Below, piece by piece: positions 1 through 7,930 of a DNA stretch of 48,850 bases. Made by a program: the position numbers and the translations under genes. The notes beneath the pieces were generated by a model. The model was given only the letters and a program-made list of their open reading frames with translations, was not told the origin of the DNA and did not search any database. Origin of the DNA: Bacteriovoracaceae bacterium (GTDB lineage Bacteria > Bdellovibrionota > Bacteriovoracia > Bacteriovoracales > Bacteriovoracaceae); the NCBI GenBank assembly GCA_018649885.1, contig JABIHA010000023.1, positions 1 to 48,850 on the forward strand, written 5' to 3'. Position 1 is the stretch's first letter. Every line of letters starts with the position of its first letter.

Positions 1-37
<37 letters not shown>

Positions 38-203
38 TCCATGCACCTTTTGTGTCGCTTATGCTAGGGAATTCTTCTTAAACTACAATATTTTGGTCTT
101 CTTATGGCCTTGGATAGGTACTGGTGTGCGGGCGTTTGACTGGAACCGAACCAGCTAAAGTGTGAACTTTGGTCGATCCTTCATCTCTGCTCCAGCCATA
201 TCT

Positions 204-476
204 TCAAACTCTTCTGGTGGCAAGTATCCCAGCGAAGAGTGAAGTCTTTTCTTCCCTTAGGGTTTTCCAGCGATAGATGCTTTGAACGTCAGCTCCTAGC
301 TCAATTGCTACTTGATGTGCACTTTGCTCACCAGAAAGATAGTCATCCACAGCTTTATCACGTTGCTCTTGAGTAAATTTTTTTCCGGATGAAGGTAAAA
401 CTAGCACCCAGTCCGGGCGACCACAACTCCCCTACTCCCTTTGCTCAAATGTCCCCTAAAACTATCGACAACCTTA
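204..476 (-). mobile_element. IS3-family remnant: orfA-like HTH fragment with putative left inverted repeat
   Basis: ORF 204..407 (KKFTQEQRDKAVDDYLSGEQSAHQVAIELGADVQSIYRWK) has the IS3 OrfA HTH pattern; no OrfB/DDE ORF follows. 448-476 (aatgtcccctaaaactatcgacaacctta) resembles an IS3-type end. Confidence 0.6.
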
Positions 477-525
477 ACGGCGCCCCACGCTGGGTTCTCT
501 GTTTATGGGCCTCACAGCCCTTTAA

Positions 526-699
526 AAAGCAGAGAATTACTCCAAGCTAGCGATGCCGAGACTTGCGATTCCGTACAATAAACTGAGCTCCTATGTGATT
601 GTGTGAAAGTCTGGTGTTTTGAAGAGCCGTATGAGCTAGCAGTTCACGTACGGTTCAGTGGTGGAGGAAGGGGGGAGTGATCTCCCTTCTTTACCCGAT
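526..699 (+). mobile_element. Group II intron 3' fragment (possible IEP C-terminal remnant, domain V, domain VI)
   Basis: DV 624-656 gagccgtatgagctagcagttcacgtacggttc with AGC triad; DVI hairpin with GTGA tetraloop and bulged A693; typical acccgat end at 699. Upstream frame ...LAMPRLAIPYNKLSSYVIV* (stop 604-606) may be a maturase tail. Confidence 0.85.
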
Positions 700-702
700 C
701 CT

Positions 703-726
703 CATAATTGCATAATTGCATAATTG
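703..726. repeat. 3 x CATAATTG tandem repeat
   Basis: Exact copies at 703-710, 711-718 and 719-726. Confidence 0.9.
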
Positions 727-850
727 GTGTTTATTCTTATTGATTATCTTGAGTACCCGGAGATTTTAAATCTTGCTTCGATCCCTTCTGACTACAAACA
801 GAAACCTCTAGGTTTCTTTTCTTTGCTTCTTTGCAGATTATTTTTAAAGA

Positions 851-1477
851 TTACTTGGACTTTTCCTTCAAAGCTTTATAATCCGCAACTCCTGCACAGG
901 TACTTATTGTTGTTGCCAGTTCTTCAATATATATATCATCGATTGTTGCTAATCTTTCACTTTCGACTAGTTTATCTATATCTTGAGAAAGAAGATCAAA
1001 GAGATGGGCAGGGAGAGCATCATCATAATAACTATTAACAAATTGCATACCAAACTTTCGCATTTTAGCGACATGCCTTTCATTAGTTCGAAACAAATAG
1101 TTTATACTTTCTATTTCTGCGCTATCTTTTACACTTGTGTATGTAATTTCGACTGTAGCTTTACCAACATTTAGAATCTGATATTTTTTCCCCACTCCCA
1201 AATCAGTACTGTGCCTTAAGCTGGCACTATAAAATTCACCGCCATTAAAAAGCATAATTTTGCTATTATCCTGGGATGGAAAGGCAAATACCCGTGGCGT
1301 GATTGCTGTACTTTTCACCAATACTGACGGCAGCGGATCCCTATAACCCGTTATTGTTTTACTTTCAGTTACGATCAGCTCGAGGCATCCTTCAACAATT
1401 ACTTCTTTAAGCTTCGGTTTTGACCACGCAATTGAATTAATTGTGAGTAAAGTTAAAATTGCTACAACAATCTTCAT
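851..1477 (-). CDS. Exported hypothetical protein
   Basis: 208 aa, signal peptide MKIVVAILTLLTINSIAWS, AGGAG RBS upstream. Confidence 0.75.
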   Translation of the reverse strand: MKIVVAILTLLTINSIAWSKPKLKEVIVEGCLELIVTESKTITGYRDPLPSVLVKSTAITPRVFAFPSQDNSKIMLFNGGEFYSASLRHSTDLGVGKKYQILNVGKATVEITYTSVKDSAEIESINYLFRTNERHVAKMRKFGMQFVNSYYDDALPAHLFDLLSQDIDKLVESERLATIDDIYIEELATTISTCAGVADYKALKEKSK

Positions 1478-1688
1478 TGAGTCTCCTTAAATTAGATTTA
1501 AATAAATGGTAGCATCTGCAGCTTTTTAAGCTAAAGAGAAATAGCTATCGATGTAACCATATTAAACTAATATTATTGTATCATTCGTAAGCAGTAACCC
1601 CATCTTAAGCAGTAAAATTATATTTCCGATTGAAAGTAGGGGCTCTGATAGGTGCAAGAATAAGTTGATGTCGATCTTCCACATAATT

Positions 1689-3083
1689 TTATCTGGTGAA
1701 GTAGTTAAATCTTTTGCCAGCACCACCGCATTTTATATTTGTCAGAGTTTTGGGGAGAGGATCTGTAAATTTAGTAACTGGCTGGTAGCAATAGCCTGGT
1801 CCGCCATTATCAGATTGGCTTATTTCGGATGATACACTAAACATGGCCATGACCCAATAATGTCCGGGATCAAGTAAGGCCCTTTTTTTAAGAATCGGTA
1901 GGACTGTTGTTCCCGCTAGAAGTTTAAATATTTTTGTTTGGGCCATGAGTTGGTGAGGCTTCCCACCTTTATCATTGTAAATGCCAAGGACTGCATCGGC
2001 GCCTTTATTGTTGGCTATAATCCCTATTTCTGAGAGAAGTCCTTTTTTATCCAGTAAGTATCGTCCGCCTAAAATGACTTTCCAAAAAACGCCGCCTGTA
2101 CCACCCAATTTATTTGGCTCTCCAATCTCTACTTTTCTATACAAAACCGTATTTTTCTTGGCCTTGGTATTTAACTTTAACTTCGAGATGTGCTCGGGAA
2201 CAGAGTTAAGGTTAAAAAAATCATCACCCCAGCAGAAGATCTCTGTGGATGTCCATAAACAGTTGTGACGATCGCCACTTTTTATCCCCAATATATTCTC
2301 AGGGTCTATATGAGTAGGGGGCTTTATTTGTTCAAAACGATTATCTCCCCAGCACTTTAGGCCCTGATATAAGTCTAGTGCACAACTGTGTCTATCTCCT
2401 AGGGCCATATCGATGACTGACTCCATCGTTTTGGGAGCATTTAATTGTGAGAATTTGCTTTGCCCCCAACATTTCAACACATACTTTGACCCTTTTTCCA
2501 TTTCATCAATAAGACAGCTATGATTGCCACCTGAATCCAGCTTTATGGGATTTGTAAGGTCCATGGGAATAGCCAGTTGGCCATATCGGTTATTTCCAAA
2601 GCAAGTGACACGGTTTTGTGATTTTTGCGTATATCTTATACAAATATGGGCCCGACCACTTTTTATCTGATGGACTTTCTCAAAGCTTTCTTGTCCTTTT
2701 AATGGCGAGCCACTGCCCCAACATTCAACTTTTTTTGAGTTTTGAACAGCACATGAATAATTTTTTCCCACTGTTATATGGGTTACATTTTTAATTCCTT
2801 TGGGCACCTCAGTTTGATGGTGTGTATTGTCCCCCCAGCAATATGCCTTTTTTTGACTAATGCCACATGAGTGCCGAGCTGCAATGGCAATGGTATCAAA
2901 ATTAATGATTCCATGGGGAGGAATTTCATGTCCAAATTTTTTAATTCCCGCGCAGTGAAGTTTACTTTCCCCAATTTTCTTATCAAAGACATTGTAACAA
3001 GATGAATTTCCCCCCAAGTGAATTTGAGTGACCTCACTTGCGGTCAAAGAAAATGATAGAAACAAAAAAAGGATCTTTTGCAC
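1689..3083 (-). CDS. Secreted RCC1/BLIP-II repeat protein with C-terminal beta-sandwich domain
   Basis: Repeated G-x-x-H-S-C...CWGxNxxxQ units; signal peptide; separate ~150-aa C-terminal domain (LGIYNDKGGKP...LDPGHYWV). Confidence 0.85.
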   Translation of the reverse strand: MQKILFLFLSFSLTASEVTQIHLGGNSSCYNVFDKKIGESKLHCAGIKKFGHEIPPHGIINFDTIAIAARHSCGISQKKAYCWGDNTHHQTEVPKGIKNVTHITVGKNYSCAVQNSKKVECWGSGSPLKGQESFEKVHQIKSGRAHICIRYTQKSQNRVTCFGNNRYGQLAIPMDLTNPIKLDSGGNHSCLIDEMEKGSKYVLKCWGQSKFSQLNAPKTMESVIDMALGDRHSCALDLYQGLKCWGDNRFEQIKPPTHIDPENILGIKSGDRHNCLWTSTEIFCWGDDFFNLNSVPEHISKLKLNTKAKKNTVLYRKVEIGEPNKLGGTGGVFWKVILGGRYLLDKKGLLSEIGIIANNKGADAVLGIYNDKGGKPHQLMAQTKIFKLLAGTTVLPILKKRALLDPGHYWVMAMFSVSSEISQSDNGGPGYCYQPVTKFTDPLPKTLTNIKCGGAGKRFNYFTR

Positions 3084-3562
3084 GAACTTCCCTCAGAAAT
3101 AGTCTGGGGAATTTTCCAGAATTATACTGAGTAAGTCAAACAGAGCTGAGCAGCAGATTCAGTACTTTTTTATTAAAAAATAAGAGCATGGTGCCAACGG
3201 TACTGAAATAGTAGAGAAGTAAGATGCTTGTTAAGTATTCGTCAACTACTCTTGTGAGAATATCTCTTGAATCATCCTGTATGTATCGTCTACAAAAACT
3301 TCAGCTTGGCTGTATATTGAGAGATCTTTTGATTTATTCCCTACTCCATTTGCTCTCTGCCTTTTCAATAAATGAGTCAAGTCCAGAGTTAAGGACATAC
3401 CACAAAACTGTCTTTTTTGGATCTCGAAAATGATAGGGATAACCGGCACGCGCAAGCACCGAGGAAAAGTAAATTAAGCTAGGCCGCTATTTCCACGGCC
3501 ATTTTGGAAAAGGAAGCTTTATTTGATTTTTGAAAATTGAATTTTTATATCATAGGCATGCG

Positions 3563-3689
3563 CTAGCCTACTTCCTTATTGATCCAATCATTCATACTTA
3601 CACCTTGAATCTGTGAAATTTTTGAAACAATCAAATGTCTTTTTTCTCCCATGCGTATCCTTGGCCAAAAATCCCTTGTATTTAAGTAT
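3563..3689 (-). pseudogene. hicB: hicB antitoxin remnant (internal deletion, frameshift, ATA at start position)
   Basis: GGAGG at 3696-3700, then ILKYKGFLAK joined out of frame to IRMGEKRHLIVSKISQIQGVSMNDWINKEVG*, matching the HicB N-terminus and C-terminal RHH. Confidence 0.75.
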
Positions 3690-3711
3690 CGGTATCCTCC
3701 AAGTCTTCAAA

Positions 3712-3921
3712 GACACCTGATCATTTTAAAAATTTTCTTACAGATTTTGCTGCCCCCTGATCCGTGACTTTTTCAGGATGAGGTCTATGAAAAACGGCAA
3801 ATACTCCATTTAACTTGATTCTTACCCGTGAACGGGCCCCCTGCTTGATCTCTGCCCCCAAGGCCAAAAATAATTTTTCAACATCTCACCAAGGGATGCT
3901 CGATAAAACAGGTTCGCTAAA
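3712..3921 (-). pseudogene. hicA: hicA toxin pseudogene
   Basis: FSEPVLSSIPW*DVEKLFLALGAEIKQGARSRVRIKLNGVFAVFHRPHPEKVTDQGAAKSVRKFLK*SGV carries the HicA FHRPHP motif; in-frame TGA at 3886-3888 and 3721-3723; no start codon. Confidence 0.85.
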
Positions 3922-3980
3922 GCTGTGCGTAATGAAATTTGCCCTTGATTTGTGTCAGTAAATATACGAGTATGTGGTCC

Positions 3981-5810
3981 ATGGAAACACAAGTTAAGAA
4001 AATGAAGAATATCGCTATTGTGGCGCATGTTGACCATGGTAAAACCACACTAGTTGACGCTATTTTAAAGCAGTCTCAGACCTTTGATGAGAGGGCAGAG
4101 ATTGTAGACCGAATCATGGATTCAGGTGAAATCGAAAAAGAACGTGGTATTACCATTACGGCAAAAAACTGCGCTTTTAAGTGGAAAGATTACAAGATCA
4201 ACCTCTTAGACACCCCGGGTCATGCCGATTTCGGTGGTGAAGTTGAACGATCTTTGATGATGGTGGACGGGATCCTACTTTTGGTTGATGCCTCAGAAGG
4301 TTGTCTTCCCCAAACTCGCTTTGTGTTATCCAAGGCCCTTGAACAAGACCTGAAAATTGGTGTGGTCATCAATAAAATCGATCGCCCAGATGAGAGAATT
4401 TCAGAAGTAATCGGCGAAATCGAAGACTTGTTTCTCGATCTTGTGACAATGCTTGATAAAGATGATTATGACCTTGATGTGCCTATTTACTTTGCCTCTG
4501 CAAAAGAAGGCTATGCAAAAGTCGCTCTTCAAGATGAAAATACCAATCTTCACCCACTTTTAGACTTTATGATATCAGATTTTTTTCCTGCTCCTAAAGT
4601 TCAAACAGGTGAGAACCTTCAGCTTTTGGTTACAAATCTTACCTACTGCTCCTATTTAGGTGCCCAGCTTATTGGTAGAATTCAAAGAGGTGTTGTCAAA
4701 AAACATTCTCAATACGTTCACTGTAATAAAGACGGTAAAAATAAAACTTATAAAGTATCCAATATTCAAATTTATGATGCACTTGGAACAATAGAAGTAG
4801 ATGAAGCTAGGGCCGGTGAAATTGCCATTGTTGCCGGCATCGAACATGCTTTGATTGGAGATAGTTTAACTTCTCCGGAAGACCCTACTCCACTACCAAG
4901 AATTGAAATTGACCCACCAACTGTTTCAATTACTGTTTCAGTAAATACATCGCCAAACTCAGGCCTTGATGGCGAATATCTCACAAGTAGAAAGCTGGAA
5001 GATTTTCTCCAAAATGCTTGTCGCCACAACGTGGCCTTGAAATATAGTCCTGGAAATGATCCAAAAGAATTCGAACTTAAAGGCAGGGGTGAATTACAAC
5101 TTGCTATTGTTTTTGAACAAGTAAGAAGGTCCGGCTTTGAGCTCATGCTGGCAAGACCAAAGGTTTTGTTTCAAGAAATCGACGGTACAAAATGTGAACC
5201 ATTTGAACAAGTGGTCATTGACGTACCCAGTTGTGACGTAGGAGCTGTAACTGAAGCACTGGCCAAAAGAAAGGGCTTAATGAAAGGCCTTATTCCAATT
5301 GGTGAAGACAGAACAAGATTAGAATTTGAATGTCCTTCCAGAGGACTTATTGGATATCGCGGCCAATTTTTAACCGACACAAAAGGTGAAGGCATTATGT
5401 CATCACAGTTTTTAGGTTATAGACCCTACGTTGGAGATATGCTCGCGAGACAAAATGGAGCAATCATATCTGACAGAGCGGGCAAGGCCACTCCTTATGC
5501 TCTATTCAATCTTCTCTCCACAGGCAGACAATTCATCAAACCAGGTGAAAAGGTTTATGAAGGACAGGTTATTGGTGAGAGTACCAAAACAAATGACCTC
5601 AATGTAAATTGCGTCAGGGAAAAACACTTATCAAGTATGAGAACTGCCGGTAAAGATGTGAATATCATCCTTCCTCCCATCCAAGAGAGAACTCTGGAGT
5701 GGGCCATGGATTGGATCGATAGTGACGAATGGATTGAGGTGACTCCTAAGATTATTCGTCTTAGAAAGAAAGAACTTCAAAAGAACAATCGTTCTACAGT
5801 TAGAACCTAA
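3981..5810 (+). CDS. typA: Translational GTPase TypA/BipA
   Basis: [56 protein letters not shown]. Start set at ATG 3981 (4002 also possible). Confidence 0.97.
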   Translation: METQVKKMKNIAIVAHVDHGKTTLVDAILKQSQTFDERAEIVDRIMDSGEIEKERGITITAKNCAFKWKDYKINLLDTPGHADFGGEVERSLMMVDGILLLVDASEGCLPQTRFVLSKALEQDLKIGVVINKIDRPDERISEVIGEIEDLFLDLVTMLDKDDYDLDVPIYFASAKEGYAKVALQDENTNLHPLLDFMISDFFPAPKVQTGENLQLLVTNLTYCSYLGAQLIGRIQRGVVKKHSQYVHCNKDGKNKTYKVSNIQIYDALGTIEVDEARAGEIAIVAGIEHALIGDSLTSPEDPTPLPRIEIDPPTVSITVSVNTSPNSGLDGEYLTSRKLEDFLQNACRHNVALKYSPGNDPKEFELKGRGELQLAIVFEQVRRSGFELMLARPKVLFQEIDGTKCEPFEQVVIDVPSCDVGAVTEALAKRKGLMKGLIPIGEDRTRLEFECPSRGLIGYRGQFLTDTKGEGIMSSQFLGYRPYVGDMLARQNGAIISDRAGKATPYALFNLLSTGRQFIKPGEKVYEGQVIGESTKTNDLNVNCVREKHLSSMRTAGKDVNIILPPIQERTLEWAMDWIDSDEWIEVTPKIIRLRKKELQKNNRSTVRT

Positions 5811-6016
5811 GTTCCGGCCAAGGTAATTAATTCACAGCTTCTTTTGGAACGTGTTCTCACTTTGGTTTTGGAACTGATGGAACATCAGAATTTCGATAAA
5901 TCGCATTCATTGCCTCAAGATTTTCACCCATTAAATTGAAAAAATTTCAATCCCCTTTTAAGATCTAAGATCATTTAGTAGCTATTGGTGCATTACATCA
6001 AAACGGGAGAATTATT

Positions 6017-6523
6017 TTGAAAAAACTTGCATTAATAATTGCTATATCATCAATGACACAAGCCTTTTCGGCCACAGTAACATGCATCTCAAAAAGTGAA
6101 GCAAGACAAGGTGGAGCAAAGCTTCCAGTTGCAGCTAGAATCGATTTTAGAGACGATGAAGATGAATCAGGAAATAGAGTACTCAAAAATGTTGTGGGTC
6201 ACGTGGCCGTAAGAAACAACTTTGATGGGGATGACAAGATCGGTAGATCTGACGACTACTACTCAATCTTCAACATCAAAAAAATGAAAGCAAAAGCAAA
6301 ATACAAAGCTAGAGTATATAAGAATCATTCAAAATTTGAAGATTATGATTCAACTGCTTCCAACAGTACAGACGGTGGTGGCATGTGGGGATACCTAGCA
6401 GTAGAAAAATATGAAGAGCCTAAAGGTGGAGAGGAGAAAAGTTTTTCTGCTCACTACGTTTTTCAATCTGGTGATCACATGGGTGGTACAGTTGATTTTG
6501 ATTGCAAATCTTCACGCTGGTAA
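6017..6523 (+). CDS. Exported hypothetical protein
   Basis: 168 aa, TTG start with GGGAG RBS, signal peptide, one Cys near each end. Confidence 0.8.
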   Translation: MKKLALIIAISSMTQAFSATVTCISKSEARQGGAKLPVAARIDFRDDEDESGNRVLKNVVGHVAVRNNFDGDDKIGRSDDYYSIFNIKKMKAKAKYKARVYKNHSKFEDYDSTASNSTDGGGMWGYLAVEKYEEPKGGEEKSFSAHYVFQSGDHMGGTVDFDCKSSRW

Positions 6524-6546
6524 TAACAAAACTAAATTATACAACC

Positions 6547-6580
6547 AAGGTCCAGCATTTGTTGGGCCTTTTTATTTTTT
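6547..6580 (+). terminator. Intrinsic terminator between convergent genes
   Basis: aaggtccagc-attt-gttgggcctt hairpin followed by a T-rich tract. Confidence 0.75.
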
Positions 6581-7348
6581 AAAAGGTTGAGTTAACAAAC
6601 TAGTTAACTTTTGGTCACTTGCCAGTCTAAATTTCTGCTGGCCAATGACTCCACTCGAATCAAATGATTCTTGGTAAGTCTTGAATAATCGATCCCAAAT
6701 TGAAAGGTTAAAACCAAAATTTGTATCCGACTCGGTCTTCTCAACAGAGTGATGAATGATATGCATTTGAGGGGTCACAAATAGCTTTCGGAGGAGGCTT
6801 TCAAACCTCTCAGGGATAACTATATTGGAGTGGTTAAAGATCGCCATTGAGCTAAGCACTACTTCAAATAATACAACTGATCTAACAGAAGCTCCCGATA
6901 TCACAATCAGCAAAAACTTGAACATCATTGATAGTAGTATCTCGAGCGGGTGAAAGCGAAGAGCACTTGTCACATCTAAGTCAGGATCAGTGTGATGAAC
7001 CCTGTGAAGCCTCCACAAGGGAGCAATAAGGTGGCTGGCCAGGTGTTGGAGGTAAATGGCCAAATCAAAGAAAATAATGAGAGCAATATCAACTGATAGT
7101 GAGGGAGTCAGCTTTAGAAGATGAACCACTCCCCACTTTTTAGCAGTAACCACGAGTGCCATCCCCACACTTCCAGCTCCCAGAAGAAGTCTTAATGTCA
7201 GTGAGTTTACTAAAATAAGTAAAAGATTAGACGGCCATCTTGAAAGGCGTGATAGCTCTCTTTTTCTCCAAGGGAAAAAATATTCTAATATAGAGAAAAT
7301 GCTAAATGTAGAGATAAAGGCAAAGAGCCTGATTGATTCCCACTTCAT
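6572..7348 (-). CDS. Sterol desaturase / fatty acid hydroxylase family membrane protein
   Basis: His boxes HLASH, HRVHH, FNHSN, HIIHHS plus TNFGFNLSIWDRLF; start at MKWES (7348), just after the upstream stop. Confidence 0.9.
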   Translation of the reverse strand: MKWESIRLFAFISTFSIFSILEYFFPWRKRELSRLSRWPSNLLLILVNSLTLRLLLGAGSVGMALVVTAKKWGVVHLLKLTPSLSVDIALIIFFDLAIYLQHLASHLIAPLWRLHRVHHTDPDLDVTSALRFHPLEILLSMMFKFLLIVISGASVRSVVLFEVVLSSMAIFNHSNIVIPERFESLLRKLFVTPQMHIIHHSVEKTESDTNFGFNLSIWDRLFKTYQESFDSSGVIGQQKFRLASDQKLTSLLTQPFKK

Positions 7349-7350
7349 AT

Positions 7351-7869
7351 TTAGTAAACAACCTCTCCATGAGTGAGCCACTTTCCCCAAAGCCTATTGT
7401 AGCCGTGAATTTTATTGGTTTTATCCCCTGCTTGATCTACTACAGAAAACTTACTGTTTACCCATTCAAAAATACCTCCAGAGAGGTTTTTAACACTGTA
7501 ACCGGCCTTAATAAGATCTTTTGCAATGACACCACTTCTGTAACCTAGAGAGCAGTAAACAATGATCACTTTCGATTTGTCCAAAAGTGGCTTTAGAGAT
7601 TTCAAATCGAAATCTTCGTATCCACCATGTTTAGCACCTGAAAGGTGTGAAACTTTAAACTCATTTGGTTCACGAGTATCTATTAAAATATATTTTTCAT
7701 GAAATTCTTTGCTGTTAATTAATGCTCTTAACTTGCGAACACTTATAGTGGGTGCTGAAAACTTTGCAATCAATTTTTCCACCATTTGGTGAAAAGCACT
7801 GGTCTCTTTTGATTGGCTGGCCAAAAGACTCCCAATAAAAAGCAAAGGAAAAACGATCTTCACTAACAT
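7351..7869 (-). CDS. Exported rhodanese-like protein
   Basis: LIDTREPNEFKVSHLSGA, VYCSLGYRS active loop, NLSGGIFEW; signal peptide. Confidence 0.9.
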   Translation of the reverse strand: MLVKIVFPLLFIGSLLASQSKETSAFHQMVEKLIAKFSAPTISVRKLRALINSKEFHEKYILIDTREPNEFKVSHLSGAKHGGYEDFDLKSLKPLLDKSKVIIVYCSLGYRSGVIAKDLIKAGYSVKNLSGGIFEWVNSKFSVVDQAGDKTNKIHGYNRLWGKWLTHGEVVY

Positions 7870-7930
7870 AGCTATACCCTAAAAAGTTTACCAATAAATC
7901 CTAACATAGAATTAAACTATTGGCAGCCTT

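Noticed and set aside
124..130. GTGTG/GTGCG as the 5' end of a complete ORF-less group II intron
   Set aside because: The intervening sequence is IS-like coding remnant and I cannot fold domains I-III; the pentamer is expected by chance.
724..1174. Plus-strand ORFs 724..1038 and 983..1174
   Set aside because: Antisense shadows of the 851..1477 gene, with no motifs.
3721..3888. TGA recoding (selenocysteine or alternative code) in hicA
   Set aside because: TGA is a normal stop elsewhere in the window and the partner hicB is independently destroyed, so decay is simpler.
3822..4037. 71-aa minus-strand ORF
   Set aside because: Alternative frame over the hicA relic and typA start.
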